Numbered from the stretch's first letter, positions 39,715-49,929 are shown. The stretch is DNA of 64,000 nt from Acidobacteriota bacterium (GCA_026708265.1 JAPOVI010000229.1:6847-70846), one strand, 5' to 3'. The notes: generated from the letters alone by a model not told the origin. Program-made: numbers and translations.

Positions 39715-40634
39715 CCGACCCGGTGGTCGCCGTCGAGGGGCTGTCGAAGTGGTACGGGCAGGTGATAGGCCTCAACGACGTCACCGCTTCCATACCGCCC
39801 GGGATCACGGGCCTCCTGGGACCGAACGGGGCCGGCAAGTCGACCCTCATGAAGGTCGTGACCGGCCAGTTGCAGCCCAGCCAAGGGCGCGTCACGGTGC
39901 TGGGGGCGCCCATCTGGGGCAACCCGTCCGCCTACGCGGCCATCGGCTACTGCCCGGACCAGGATTCCTTCTACGAGCGGATGACGGGGTTGGAATGGGT
40001 CTCCGCGCTCACGCGCCTGCACGGCTTCGACGACGACGCGGCCGCCGCGGCGGCCCGGACGGCCCTCGAGACCGTCGACCTCGCCGAAGCCGCCGACAAG
40101 AAGATCGGCGCCTACAGCAAGGGCATGCGCCAGCGCGTGAAGCTGGCCCAGGCGATCGCCCACGATCCGCGCCTGCTCGTCCTCGACGAGCCGCTCGCCG
40201 GCCTCGATCCGCTCGGCCGGCGACGGACCATCAACCTCATCAAGGCGTGGGCGCGCGCCGGCAAGAGCATCATCGTGTCCAGCCACATCCTGCACGAGAT
40301 CGAGGTGATGACCCGGAGCATCCTGCTGATCGACCACGGGCGCATTCTGGCCGAGGGCAACGTCCACCAGATTCGCGACCTGATCGACGAGCACCCGCAC
40401 AAGGTGCGGATCAGGACCCCCGTCCCCCGCGTGCTCGCCCGCCGTCTCCTGGACCTGCCCGACGTGATCGGACTGAGCTTCGAGGAGGATCGCATCGTGG
40501 TCGACACCGGCCGGCCCGACGAGTTCTACTCCGCGCTGACGGCGCTCGCGGCCGAGGGCGAGATCGCGGTCGACGAGGTGACGTCGCCGGACGACAGCAT
40601 CCAGGCCGTCTTCTCCTACCTGGTGAAGTCTTGA
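39711..40634 (+). CDS. ABC transporter ATP-binding protein (second copy)
   Basis: GTGA overlap with the upstream permease. Walker A GPNGAGKST, signature YSKGMRQR, Walker B LLVLDEP, H-loop SSHIL. Confidence 0.9.
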   Translation: MTDPVVAVEGLSKWYGQVIGLNDVTASIPPGITGLLGPNGAGKSTLMKVVTGQLQPSQGRVTVLGAPIWGNPSAYAAIGYCPDQDSFYERMTGLEWVSALTRLHGFDDDAAAAAARTALETVDLAEAADKKIGAYSKGMRQRVKLAQAIAHDPRLLVLDEPLAGLDPLGRRRTINLIKAWARAGKSIIVSSHILHEIEVMTRSILLIDHGRILAEGNVHQIRDLIDEHPHKVRIRTPVPRVLARRLLDLPDVIGLSFEEDRIVVDTGRPDEFYSALTALAAEGEIAVDEVTSPDDSIQAVFSYLVKS

Positions 40635-41488
40635 CCGCCCCATCGCCGGCCGCGCTCTCCTTCCGCCACGCGGCGGTCCGCGTCTTCGACCTGAGCCTCG
40701 GCGAGATGCTCTGGTCCCGACGGACGGTGTTCATGGCCGTGGTCGCCGGCGGCCCGATGGTCATCGCCGTGGCGCTGCGGCTCGCCGCGACCTCCGCCGC
40801 GGGGCGCCTCACCGGCAGCCCCGGGCCGTCCTTCGCGCTGGGCGGGCCGGACATCTTCGGCCTCATGATCTGGGCCTTCTACCTGCGCTTCACGGTGCCG
40901 GTGCTCGGCGTGTTCTACGGCACGTCGCTCATCGCCGACGAGGTCGAGGACCGGACGCTCACGTACCTGTTCACCCGGCCCATCCCGCGCGGGGCGGTTC
41001 TCGTCGGCAAGTACCTGGCGTACCTGGTCTGCACGTCGGTCGTCGTCCTGCCGTCGGTGGTGGTTGTCTACTTCTCTGTGGTGCCGCTGTTCGGCGGCAG
41101 CATCGGGGCGGGCTTCCCGTCCCTCGTCGTCGACCTCGGGTTGATCGGCGTGGGCCTCGCCGTCTACGGCGCCGCCTTCGCCTTCGTGGGAGCGCGCCTC
41201 GAGCGGCCGCTCCTGAGCGGGCTGCTCTTCATCTTCGGTTGGGAACCGGTGGTGGTCCTCGTGCCCGGGTACATGAAGAACCTGAGCATCGCCTACTACC
41301 TGCAGGGGCTCGTACCCCACGCGGCGCCGCAGGACGAGCCGATGACCCTGTTGCGGTCCGCCCTTCAGACCTTCGACCCGGCACCCGCGGCGTGGGTCTG
41401 CCTGCTGGCCCTGGCGGTCATCTGGGCCGTGGCCCTGGGCGCGGCGGTCCGGACGGTGGAGCGGCGCGAGTACGTGCTGGAGCGTTGA
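40631..41488 (+). CDS. ABC-2 type permease (second copy)
   Basis: A TTG start in a TTGA overlap with the ATPase stop (uncertain; the next Met is MLWSRR). ADEVEDRTLTYLFTRPIPRGAV motif. Six TM. Confidence 0.7.
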   Translation: MTAPSPAALSFRHAAVRVFDLSLGEMLWSRRTVFMAVVAGGPMVIAVALRLAATSAAGRLTGSPGPSFALGGPDIFGLMIWAFYLRFTVPVLGVFYGTSLIADEVEDRTLTYLFTRPIPRGAVLVGKYLAYLVCTSVVVLPSVVVVYFSVVPLFGGSIGAGFPSLVVDLGLIGVGLAVYGAAFAFVGARLERPLLSGLLFIFGWEPVVVLVPGYMKNLSIAYYLQGLVPHAAPQDEPMTLLRSALQTFDPAPAAWVCLLALAVIWAVALGAAVRTVERREYVLER

Positions 41489-41537
41489 CCGACGCGGGGC
41501 TCCTCGCGGTGCCGGAACCGGCGGGTGGGACCGGACG

Positions 41538-41543
41538 TATACT
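41538..41543 (+). promoter_or_regulatory. -10-like box TATACT upstream of the 41563 gene
   Basis: CGTATACTGTGG followed by GGGAGGAAGG and ATG. Possible internal promoter. Confidence 0.3.
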
Positions 41544-41562
41544 GTGGCGTGGGAGGAAGGTG

Positions 41563-42621
41563 ATGACCACACGGACGTGCTGCGTGTGCCTGGGCGCGGG
41601 CGGCATCCTGGCCGCCGGGCTCGCTGGCGGTCTGGCCGCCTATCTGCAGGGCGGGCTCCCCGCCGCGGCGGCGGAGCGTCGGCCGGACCACTTCCGCTAC
41701 ATCCCCACGGACGCGCAGTTCATCGCCTTTGCCGACGTGCGGGCCGTGATGACTTCGGACCTGAGCTCGCGGATGCGGGATCGCCTGCCCGCAGACAACG
41801 AGCCGGACTTCGAGTCGCGCACCGGAATCCGGGTCGCTGCGGACATCGACGAGGTGGTGGCGGGCCTGGTTCCCGGCGCCTCCGACGGAGCGAACCTGCT
41901 GCTCATGTTGAGCGGGCGCTTCGATCGGGAGCGCATCGAGTCGCTGGCCATCGAGCACGGGGGAACGGTTTCCGAGTACCGCGGTCATGGGCTCATCGTC
42001 ACGACGGTGGGCGCGAGCCGACTGGCGCTGGCCTTCGTGGAGCCGGACGTGCTCGCCGTCGGGTCCGAGGCGCTCGTGGTCGACGCGCTCGATCTCGTCG
42101 ACGGGGGGGAGGACGTCACCGCGAACGCGCGCCTGATGACGCTGCTCGCGAGAGTCGATCCGGGCAGCGACGCGTGGGCGATCGGCGCTCTCGACGGCCC
42201 CGGCGCCGCGGCCTGGATGCCCCAGGGCCTGGACCCCCGGGCGCTGCGCGTGAGCGCGTTCTCGGTCGCCGGCACGGTGAACGGCGGAATCCGGCTGGCC
42301 CTGCAGGCGGAGACGCCGGACGAAGCGGCCAGTCAGAACCTGCGCGACATCCTGCAGGGTTTCATCGCCCTGGCCCGCATGCAGGCCGCCGAGCAGCCGG
42401 AGGTTGCCGGGATCCTCGATTCCATGCAGTTGCGCGCCACGCCCGGCGAGCAGATCGTCCATCTCTCGATGACGCTGCCCTCCGCCACGCTGGAGTGGCT
42501 GTGGGATCGCGCCCTCGAGGGTGCGGGCGCCGCCGGCTCGGTCAACCCGGAGCTCCCTTCGCCTCCCAGGGGCCCGGCGGCAGGCGACCCCGACGGCAGC
42601 GGCCCGTCGCCTCCCCGCTAG
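41563..42621 (+). CDS. hypothetical membrane-anchored/secreted protein (352 aa)
   Basis: ATG after GGGAGGAAGG. N-terminal hydrophobic anchor CCVCLGAGGILAAGLAGGLAAYL. High third-position G+C. No family recognised. Pro-rich tail. Confidence 0.6.
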   Translation: MTTRTCCVCLGAGGILAAGLAGGLAAYLQGGLPAAAAERRPDHFRYIPTDAQFIAFADVRAVMTSDLSSRMRDRLPADNEPDFESRTGIRVAADIDEVVAGLVPGASDGANLLLMLSGRFDRERIESLAIEHGGTVSEYRGHGLIVTTVGASRLALAFVEPDVLAVGSEALVVDALDLVDGGEDVTANARLMTLLARVDPGSDAWAIGALDGPGAAAWMPQGLDPRALRVSAFSVAGTVNGGIRLALQAETPDEAASQNLRDILQGFIALARMQAAEQPEVAGILDSMQLRATPGEQIVHLSMTLPSATLEWLWDRALEGAGAAGSVNPELPSPPRGPAAGDPDGSGPSPPR

Positions 42622-42665
42622 GAGTCCAGGTCGGGCGCCGTCGCCCCCACGGCGCGCAACTTCCC

Positions 42666-43082
42666 TTGGATCCGCGTCACATCTTCTTCTACGGCACGCT
42701 GATGCAGGGCTTCGCCCTGCGGGAGCGGGCGGGCATCGAGTCCTGGATCCGATTCGCCGGCCGCGGGGCGGTCCGCGGCGCGCTGTTCGACCTCGGCCCG
42801 TATCCGGCCCTGGTCGCCGGACCGGGAACGGTGCGCGGCGAGGTCTACCTCTGCGTCGACCCGGAGCGCCTCCTCCCTCGCGCCGACGCGCTCGAGCGCT
42901 TCGACCCGAGCCGGCCGCGGGCGGGCGAGTACCGGCGCGAGTCGATGACGGCGCGGCTCGACGACGGCCGCACGCTGCCGGTGTGGGCGTACGTCTACAA
43001 TCGCCCGCTCGGCACCGCGGCTCCCGTGCCGGCAGGAGACTACCGGCGGCGCACCGCGACCTGCGCGGGTCGCGCCGGATGA
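42666..43082 (+). CDS. gamma-glutamylcyclotransferase-like (AIG2/GGACT family) protein
   Basis: FFYGTLMQG N-terminal motif, and GEVY with a catalytic Glu candidate. The only in-frame start close to the motif is the TTG at 42666. Confidence 0.65.
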   Translation: MDPRHIFFYGTLMQGFALRERAGIESWIRFAGRGAVRGALFDLGPYPALVAGPGTVRGEVYLCVDPERLLPRADALERFDPSRPRAGEYRRESMTARLDDGRTLPVWAYVYNRPLGTAAPVPAGDYRRRTATCAGRAG

Positions 43083-43088
43083 CTTTGC

Positions 43089-43094
43089 TATGAT
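43089..43094 (+). promoter_or_regulatory. -10-like box TATGAT upstream of hbd
   Basis: An AT-rich hexamer 32 nt before the ATG at 43127. Confidence 0.3.
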
Positions 43095-43126
43095 CGATTG
43101 TTCGGCCGGGATGCGGGTGCGTCGCC

Positions 43127-43987
43127 ATGGAAGAAGACGACAGATTCGGGACCGTGGGCGTCGTCGGCTGCGGGCTGATGGGATCGGGCATCGCGCAGGT
43201 GTGCGCCCGCGCCGGGTTCCCGACGCGGGTGCGTGAGGTCGACGAGGCGCTCCTCGCACGGGGCCTCGAGCGGATCGACGATTTCCTCGCGGCAGGCGTC
43301 GAGCGCGGCCGGACGAGCCCGGAAGACGCCGCCCGCGTGAAGGCCAACCTCTCCGGCACGACGCGCCTCGAGGAGCTCGCCGCATGCGATCTCGTCATCG
43401 AGGCCATCGTCGAGCGTGCGGAGGCCAAGCGGGAGACCTTCGCCGCTCTTGAGGCCATCGTCGGCCCCGAGACCGTCTTCGCGTCGAACACCTCGTCGCT
43501 GTGCATCACCGAGTTGGCGACGGCGACCGAACGGCCCGACCGATTCGTCGGCCTGCACTTCTTCAGCCCCGTGCCCGTCATGAAGCTGGTGGAGGTCATC
43601 CGCGGCCTCGCGACCAGCGACTCGACCTTCGAACGGGCGCTCGCGTTCGGCCGGGCCCTGGGGAAGGAGCCGGTGACGGCACCGGACCGGCCGGGGTTCA
43701 TCGCCAACCGCCTCCTGATTCCCTATCTCCTCGATGCGGTGCGAGCCCACGAGTCGGGCGCGGGCACGATCGAGGACATAGACAAGACGATGACTCTCGG
43801 GTGCGGCTACCCGATGGGCCCGTTCACGCTCCTGGACTTCGTGGGGCTCGACACGGCGTACTCCATCGCGAACATCATGTACGACGAGTTCCGGGACCCG
43901 AAGTACGCTCCTCCGCCGCTGCTCAAGCGCATGGTGCTGGCGGGCCGGCTGGGCCGCAAGAGCGGGCGGGGCTTCTACGCGTACTGA
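43127..43987 (+). CDS. hbd: 3-hydroxybutyryl-CoA (3-hydroxyacyl-CoA) dehydrogenase
   Basis: Rossmann [45 protein letters not shown]. Confidence 0.9.
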   Translation: MEEDDRFGTVGVVGCGLMGSGIAQVCARAGFPTRVREVDEALLARGLERIDDFLAAGVERGRTSPEDAARVKANLSGTTRLEELAACDLVIEAIVERAEAKRETFAALEAIVGPETVFASNTSSLCITELATATERPDRFVGLHFFSPVPVMKLVEVIRGLATSDSTFERALAFGRALGKEPVTAPDRPGFIANRLLIPYLLDAVRAHESGAGTIEDIDKTMTLGCGYPMGPFTLLDFVGLDTAYSIANIMYDEFRDPKYAPPPLLKRMVLAGRLGRKSGRGFYAY

Positions 43988-44628
43988 TGCCCGACACGAC
44001 AGGCGACGCGCGCATCCGCGGGGCAGTGGAGGTCCTGTTGTCGGAGGTGGGCGAGGATCCGACCCGCGAGGGTCTGCTCCGGACCCCCGAGCGCGTCGCC
44101 CGCTCGCTGCGCTTCCTGACGAGCGGGTACGACCGCGACATCGACGACGTCCTGAACGACGCCCGCTTCTCGGTGGCTTGCGACGAGATGGTCCTCGTGC
44201 GCAACATCGATTTCTACAGCCTCTGCGAGCATCACCTGCTGCCGTTCTTCGGCAGGTGCCACGTCGCCTACGTCCCGCGCGACAAGGTGGTGGGGCTCAG
44301 CAAGATCCCGCGCATCGTGGACGTCTTCAGCCGCCGACTGCAGGTGCAGGAGCGGCTCACGAACCAGATCGCCGAGGTCATCCACGAAAAGCTGGATCCG
44401 CTGGGCGTCGGCGTCGTGCTCGAGGCGACCCACCTGTGCATGGTCATGCGCGGGGTCGAGAAGCAGAACTCGTTCGCGATGACGAGCGCCATGCTCGGCT
44501 CGTTCCGGGAGGACGGCCGCACGCGCATGGAATTCCTCAACCTGCTGAACCGCCGAGGCGAGCGGGCGGTCGTGACGGAACCGCTCGACGCGGCCGTGGG
44601 GGGCTGCCCGACCGCGGCCGGAGATTGA
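43987..44628 (+). CDS. folE: GTP cyclohydrolase I
   Basis: The ATG overlaps the hbd stop (TGATG). [27 protein letters not shown], and the HLCMVMRG Zn/active-site motifs. Confidence 0.92.
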   Translation: MPDTTGDARIRGAVEVLLSEVGEDPTREGLLRTPERVARSLRFLTSGYDRDIDDVLNDARFSVACDEMVLVRNIDFYSLCEHHLLPFFGRCHVAYVPRDKVVGLSKIPRIVDVFSRRLQVQERLTNQIAEVIHEKLDPLGVGVVLEATHLCMVMRGVEKQNSFAMTSAMLGSFREDGRTRMEFLNLLNRRGERAVVTEPLDAAVGGCPTAAGD

Positions 44629-44630
44629 CG

Positions 44631-45236
44631 ATGCGCGCTGCGCTCCCTATCGCGGCGGCGCTGACGGCGCTGCTGTCGACCGCGGCCCAGAGCCGGGCGC
44701 AGGACTCCCGCGTCGAGGCGGCGGAAGTCCGCTGCCCGGCGGTGCTCGGCGTCGGTGTCGCCACCGAGGTCGTCTTCTGCGACGTACGGATCCAGAACGA
44801 GGCCGGGCGGGGCATCCTGGTCGTCGTTCCGCGGCGCCGCGGTGAAGCGACCGTGTCGTTCACCCTGCACAACCGCCATACCTATTCGGAGAGCGAGACG
44901 CGGGCAGGCCGCGCATACACGGAGTACACGGCGGAGATCGCCGTGGCGGCGCTCGACGGGCGCGTGCTCGGGCGGCGCTACATCCTCAGCGAGTTCCGGT
45001 CGGCCGGCGACCTGATCGACCGCGTGACGGGCGGAGCCGGCCCGGAGGGCGTCAAGGCCGTCGCTCCGACCGGCCGGGAGCGCGTCTTCGTGAGCGTGCC
45101 CGAGGATGTGGACACCATCTCCATCGTCGGGCAGAGCCTCGACGTGGTCCGCCTCGACGGCCGGGAGACCTTCCGGACGCCTGGCCGGCCGGTCGCGGTC
45201 ATCAGCGACGTCGAGGTCGAGTACCAGGCTCCTTGA
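44631..45236 (+). CDS. hypothetical secreted protein (201 aa)
   Basis: ATG is 2 nt after the folE stop. Signal peptide MRAALPIAAALTALLSTAAQSRAQ. No family recognised. Confidence 0.6.
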   Translation: MRAALPIAAALTALLSTAAQSRAQDSRVEAAEVRCPAVLGVGVATEVVFCDVRIQNEAGRGILVVVPRRRGEATVSFTLHNRHTYSESETRAGRAYTEYTAEIAVAALDGRVLGRRYILSEFRSAGDLIDRVTGGAGPEGVKAVAPTGRERVFVSVPEDVDTISIVGQSLDVVRLDGRETFRTPGRPVAVISDVEVEYQAP

Positions 45237-45260
45237 ACGCAGACGACAGGAAGACTGAGC

Positions 45261-46259
45261 GTGCATGATCTCGTCATCGTCGGGGCCGGCCCGGCCGGAC
45301 TCGCCACCGCAATCGCCGCCCGGCGGGCGGGACTCGACTTTCGCATCTTCGAGAAGGGAGTTCTCGTCAACGCGCTGTTCCATTTTCCGAGCCAGATGGT
45401 CTTCTTCACGACGCCCGACCTGCTGGAGATCGGGGGGCTGCCATTCGTGACGCCGCACGGCAAGCCGACGCGCGACGAGACCCTGCGCTACTACCGCCGG
45501 GTGGTGGACACCTTCGGGCTCGACGTCGCGTTCGGCTGCCGCGTGACCGCCGTGACGCCGGACGGAGCCGGAGGCGAGTTCACGGTCCGCACGACGGATG
45601 CCGCCAGCGGAGAGCGAACGTGGCGGGCGCGCACCGTGGTCGTCGCCAACGGCTGCTACGACCATCCCAACCGGCTCGGAGTACCCGGAGAGGACCTGCC
45701 GCACGTGTCGCACTACTACACGGAGCCGCACGAGTTCTACCGGCGCCGCGTCGTGGTCGTCGGCGGCAAGAACTCCGCTGCCGAGGCGGCCCTCGACCTG
45801 TATCGAAGCGGAGCGCAGGTCACCCTCGTCCACCGGAGGGCCGAGCTCGGCTCGTCCATCAAGTATTGGGTGCGGCCGGACATCGAGAATCGGATCCGGG
45901 AGGGCTCGGTCGCGGCGCGGTTCGAGACGCGCGTCGTCGAGATCCGGCCGCGGGAAGTGGTGGTGGAGCGCGACGGCGTCCGCGATACGTTGCCCGCCGA
46001 GGGCGTCTTCCTGCTGACCGGCTACCTCGCAGACCTCGACTTCCTGCGCGGCGCCGGCATCGCGGTGGCCTCGAACAACGTTCCGTGCCACGACCCGGAG
46101 TCGTTCGAGACGAACGTCCCCGGGCTGTATCTGGCCGGCGCGGTCGTCGCCGGCGCCAACCGGGGCGAGGTGTTCATCGAGAACGGACGCTTCCACGGGC
46201 AGGCCGTCGTCGACCACATCGCCCGCCGCTTGGACCGTGGTGCCCAGCCGACCGCTTGA
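45261..46259 (+). CDS. ypdA: YpdA-family FAD/NAD(P)-dependent oxidoreductase (putative low-molecular-weight thiol disulfide reductase)
   Basis: VIVGAGPAGLATA, FFTTPDLLEIGGLPF, KPTRDETLRYYRRV, GGKNSAAEAALDL, IKYWVRPDIENRI and FIENGRFHG all match the YpdA (TIGR04018-type) pattern. The last 9 codons lie in the first 27-bp repeat unit. Confidence 0.85.
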   Translation: MHDLVIVGAGPAGLATAIAARRAGLDFRIFEKGVLVNALFHFPSQMVFFTTPDLLEIGGLPFVTPHGKPTRDETLRYYRRVVDTFGLDVAFGCRVTAVTPDGAGGEFTVRTTDAASGERTWRARTVVVANGCYDHPNRLGVPGEDLPHVSHYYTEPHEFYRRRVVVVGGKNSAAEAALDLYRSGAQVTLVHRRAELGSSIKYWVRPDIENRIREGSVAARFETRVVEIRPREVVVERDGVRDTLPAEGVFLLTGYLADLDFLRGAGIAVASNNVPCHDPESFETNVPGLYLAGAVVAGANRGEVFIENGRFHGQAVVDHIARRLDRGAQPTA

Positions 46260-46368
46260 GGCCGTGGTGCCCAGGCGACCGGCTGAGGCCGTGGTGCCCA
46301 GCCGACCGCTTGAGGCCGTGGTGCCCAGCCGACCGGCTGAGGCCGTGGTGCCCAGCCGACCGCCTGAG
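46234..46368. repeat. five tandem 27-bp units (G/A)CCGTGGTGCCCAGCCGACCG(C/G)(T/C)TGAG
   Basis: Units are at 46234-46260, 46261-46287, 46288-46314, 46315-46341 and 46342-46368. Unit 1 contains the ypdA stop codon. Because the period is 27 nt, every unit carries TGA in the ypdA frame. Confidence 0.92.
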
Positions 46369-46407
46369 GCCGCGCCCGGGCGCCGCGCGCCGGGCCCCTG
46401 AGCGCCG

Positions 46408-47049
46408 TCACTGAACGCGCGGTCGCGGGTGCGGGTTGCCGGCGGCCGCGCGCCGCATCTCCAGCAGTCCGATCAGCGACTCGCAACGCGCGGCGACGCC
46501 GTCGCGCTCGAGCAGCAGTTGCTTCTCGACGGGCTCGAATTCGAGGTACTGCGCGAGCGCGTTGACCAGGTGCTCGTCGGACATCTCGCGCGGCACGCCG
46601 GACTCCGAGCCGACTTCGCGCAACCGCCGATCCAGCAACGCCTCCATCCGCCGCCGGCCGGAGCGGAGGCGCGTCCGCTCGTCGGGGTCCGTCCGCTCCG
46701 GCAGGGCGTCGACGGAGGCCAGACGGTAGGAGTTGCGCGGCACCTCCGCGCACACGCGGAACTTCTCGATGCCCCGCAACACGATGTTGTAGCGACCGTC
46801 CGGCAGGCGCGCGGCGTGGGTGATGGCCCCGGCGCAGCCGATCGGGTACACCGGTGGAGTCGTCTCGTTCGACCGGCCTTCGCGGAGCAGCACGATGCCG
46901 ATGATGCGATCCCCCGCAAGTGCGTCGCGCACCATGTTGCGATAGCGCGGCTCGAAGATGTGCAGCGGCAGGAAGACGTCGGGGAAGAGGACGACGTTCG
47001 GGAGCGGGAAGATCGGGATGTCCCGCGGAAGCGTGGCGGTGGCCGGCAC
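46408..47049 (-). CDS. LON N-terminal (substrate-binding, PUA-like) domain protein
   Basis: IPIFPLPNVVLFPDVFLPLHIFEPRYRNMV is the hallmark of PF02190. It is standalone, with no AAA or protease domain. The start lies 1 nt after the VWA gene stop. Confidence 0.85.
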   Translation of the reverse strand: MPATATLPRDIPIFPLPNVVLFPDVFLPLHIFEPRYRNMVRDALAGDRIIGIVLLREGRSNETTPPVYPIGCAGAITHAARLPDGRYNIVLRGIEKFRVCAEVPRNSYRLASVDALPERTDPDERTRLRSGRRRMEALLDRRLREVGSESGVPREMSDEHLVNALAQYLEFEPVEKQLLLERDGVAARCESLIGLLEMRRAAAGNPHPRPRVQ

Positions 47050-47050
47050 G

Positions 47051-48316
47051 TCAGTGGACCGTCTTCGTCTTCTTGTCCATGTAGTCCAACAGGACGTAGC
47101 GGCCGAGCGTATAGGGTGTGGTGAAGTAGGCCTTGCCGCGGCAGATGGCGGCGACGCGGCGCACGAACGCCACCAGGTCGTAGCTGCGGGCGAGCATGAA
47201 GGTGTTGATCATGATGCCGGCCTTGCGGCACTGGGCGACCTCCGCGAACGTCTCGGCGATGATCATCGGGTCGAGCCCGAACGCGTTGCGGTAGATGCGC
47301 CCGTCCGGCTGCGTCAGCGCCGAAGGCTTGCCGTCGGTGATCATGATGATCTGGCGCATGTCCTTGCGCTGGCGCTCCAGGACGCGCCGGGCCAGGCGCA
47401 GGCCGGCCCGGGTGTTCGTGTAGTAGGGGCCGACGCGCACGCGGGCGAGCTGCTTGAGCGGGATCTCCTCGGCCGAATCGTGAAAGAGGACGACGCTCAG
47501 CGCGTCGCCGGGAAACTGGCGCCGGATCAGGGTCGCCAGGGCCAGCGCCACCTGCTTGGCCGGGGTGAAGCGATCCTCGCCGTAGAGAATCATGCTGTGG
47601 CTGCAGTCGAGCATGAGCACGGTGGCACAAGAGCTCTGGTACTCCCCCTGCGCCACCATCAGGTCCTCGTAGCGCACGTCGATGCCGGGTGCGTCGGACG
47701 GGGAGCCGGCGCGACGGACCGCGTTCAGTATGGTTGCGCTCGTGTCGAGATTGATCGTGTCGCCGAACTCGTACGGCTTCGAGGCGCCGCCGGCCTCGAC
47801 GCCCGTCGCCTGCTCCCGGGTGTCATGACGCCCGACGCTGCTGCGGCCCGTCGATCCCAGCAGGTCGCGAAGCGCCCGGTAGCCGAGGAAGTCGAGACTC
47901 TTGTCGGTGACGGAGAACTGCGCAGGCGGGGTGTCGGGCCCCGTGCCCGGCCCCGGGCCGGCACCCGGCTCGCCCTCGCGCAGCGTGACGTAGCCCTCCT
48001 GGACGAGCCGCTCGATGATCTGCCGGACCAGCTCCTCGAGCTCGGACGGGCCTTCGCCGTAGTCGGCGTCGGCGGGATCTCCGAGCAGGGCTTCTGCCGC
48101 GTCCGGAGGCAGCACGCCCCCGTTCAGCAACGCGTCGAGGATGGCATCGTGGAGCGCCTGCAGGGGCTGGTCGCCATCACCGCCCTCTTGTCCTTGCTGG
48201 CCGCGGGGCGAGCCGAAGCCGCTCGCGAGCAGCAGCGTCGACAGCTTCGATACCAGCTCCTCCAGGTCGATCCCGGCTGCCAACCCGCCGGTGTAGCGTG
48301 TGTAGCGGTAGCGCAT
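47051..48316 (-). CDS. von Willebrand factor A domain protein (CoxE-like VWA)
   Basis: ATG at 48316 ([11 protein letters not shown]). MIDAS motif LMLDCSHSM, later ITDGKPS. The upstream part of track ORF 47051..48595 is Arg/Ala noise. Confidence 0.85.
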   Translation of the reverse strand: MRYRYTRYTGGLAAGIDLEELVSKLSTLLLASGFGSPRGQQGQEGGDGDQPLQALHDAILDALLNGGVLPPDAAEALLGDPADADYGEGPSELEELVRQIIERLVQEGYVTLREGEPGAGPGPGTGPDTPPAQFSVTDKSLDFLGYRALRDLLGSTGRSSVGRHDTREQATGVEAGGASKPYEFGDTINLDTSATILNAVRRAGSPSDAPGIDVRYEDLMVAQGEYQSSCATVLMLDCSHSMILYGEDRFTPAKQVALALATLIRRQFPGDALSVVLFHDSAEEIPLKQLARVRVGPYYTNTRAGLRLARRVLERQRKDMRQIIMITDGKPSALTQPDGRIYRNAFGLDPMIIAETFAEVAQCRKAGIMINTFMLARSYDLVAFVRRVAAICRGKAYFTTPYTLGRYVLLDYMDKKTKTVH

Positions 48317-48368
48317 CTGGGTCCGCGGACCGGCGGTCCGGCCCGCGCCGGCCGGGCCTTCCGTCCGT

Positions 48369-49883
48369 TCAGTTGTACTGCTTCTTCCCGCCGCGGCCGC
48401 GGCCGCGGCCCGGCATCTGCAGCTCCGGATCGACGTACGGGGGGCCGGGACGCGCGCGTGCGCGCGGCTCCTCCGTGGCCTGGTAGCTCCAGTCCTCGGA
48501 GCGGCTGATCTTCCGCTGCGCGCAGAGACCCTCGAGCACGAAGTCGACGGCGGCGGCGACGAGCGGCCGCTCCGCGTTCGCCTCGGCGCCGGCATGCGCG
48601 GCCAGCTCCCGTAGACCCTGGATCTCGGCCACCGCAGCGAGGAGCGTGTCCGAGGAGGCGGTGTCGCTTGCCTGCAGCGTGCCGCCGAGGTCGAACCACT
48701 CGACGACGGTGCGGGTGTCGACCCCCTCGAACCAGCCGCCGAACACGTTGGCCACGGCCGCGCCGATCAGGGAGTGCGCGACCGTATCCGCGCCCCGCAG
48801 CTCGCCCTCGTACTCGAGCTCGAACTTGCCGGTGATGGCCGGCAGGGCGGCGTAGACGTCGGTGACGCGGGCGACGGGCGTGTCCCCGGCGGCGAGCGCC
48901 CGCCGCTCGGCGTTGGAGACGACGTTCTCGAGACACGTGATCGGAAGCCGCTGGCTGACCCCCGAGCGCGGGTCGATCTTCTTGTCGGCACGTGCCTGAA
49001 AGGCGACCTCCTCGACCACCTCCCGCACGTAGCCCGGAATCTCGACCCGACCGGCGCCGTCGACCGTTCGTTCCAGCCACGCCTCCTGTGCGGTGATGGC
49101 GATGGCGTCGCGCCGGGTGCGCGGATAGTGCGTCCGGATCTCCGATCCGATGCGGTCCTTGAGGGGCGTGATGATCTTGCCCCGGGCGGTGTAGTCCTCC
49201 GGGTTGGCCGTGAACGCCAGCAGGACGTCGAGGGGCAGCCGAACGGGGAAGCCCTTAATCTGGATGTCGCCTTCCTGCAGGATGTTGAAGAGTCCGACCT
49301 GGATCTTGCCGGCCAGGTCGGGGAGCTCGTTGACGGCGAAGATGCACCGGTTCGCCCGCGGCAGGAGGCCGTAGTGGATGGCGCGCTCGTCGGTGAGGTG
49401 GAGCCCGCCCCGGGCCGCCCGTATCGGATCGATGTCGCCGATGACGTCGGCGATCGTCACGTCCGGGGTCGCGAGCTTCTCGACGTAGCGCGCGGAGCGC
49501 GGCAGCCAGGCGACCGGCAGGGCGTCCCCCTCGTCCCGCACGCGCACCCGGCAGGCAGCGCACAGCGGCGCCAGCGGGTCGTCGTTGATCTCGCACCCGT
49601 CGACGACCGGCAGGGCCTCGTCGAGCAGGTCCGTCAGCCCGCGGAGAAGCCGGGTCTTCGCCTGGCCGCGCAGTCCCAGAATGATGAAGCTGTGCCGCGA
49701 GAGGATGGCGTTGACGATCTGGGGCATGACCGAGTCGTCGTAGCCGACGACGCCCGGAAACAGGGCCGTTCCCTCCCGCAGCCGGTCCATCAGGTTGTCG
49801 CGCAGCTCGTCCCGGACGCCGCGACGTCGTACCTCGCCGGCGTCCACGGCGCGACGGAGATCTCCCAGGGAGGTGGGGCGCAT
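48369..49883 (-). CDS. AAA+ ATPase of the Mg-chelatase subunit I (ChlI/BchI-like) type
   Basis: ATG at 49883 (MRPTSLGDL). Walker A-like GLRGQAKTRLLR, Walker B FAVNELPDL, sensor/arginine finger region. Basic RGRGRGGKK tail. Confidence 0.8.
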   Translation of the reverse strand: MRPTSLGDLRRAVDAGEVRRRGVRDELRDNLMDRLREGTALFPGVVGYDDSVMPQIVNAILSRHSFIILGLRGQAKTRLLRGLTDLLDEALPVVDGCEINDDPLAPLCAACRVRVRDEGDALPVAWLPRSARYVEKLATPDVTIADVIGDIDPIRAARGGLHLTDERAIHYGLLPRANRCIFAVNELPDLAGKIQVGLFNILQEGDIQIKGFPVRLPLDVLLAFTANPEDYTARGKIITPLKDRIGSEIRTHYPRTRRDAIAITAQEAWLERTVDGAGRVEIPGYVREVVEEVAFQARADKKIDPRSGVSQRLPITCLENVVSNAERRALAAGDTPVARVTDVYAALPAITGKFELEYEGELRGADTVAHSLIGAAVANVFGGWFEGVDTRTVVEWFDLGGTLQASDTASSDTLLAAVAEIQGLRELAAHAGAEANAERPLVAAAVDFVLEGLCAQRKISRSEDWSYQATEEPRARARPGPPYVDPELQMPGRGRGRGGKKQYN

Positions 49884-49929
49884 GGGCCGGATCTTACCCG
49901 AATCCCACCCGCCGCCCGGGCGCCGGGCG

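Noticed and set aside
41365-43707. 780-aa minus-strand ORF
   Set aside because: It is antisense to the 41563 protein, the GGCT-like gene and hbd. The composition is Arg/Ala/Pro-rich without motifs.
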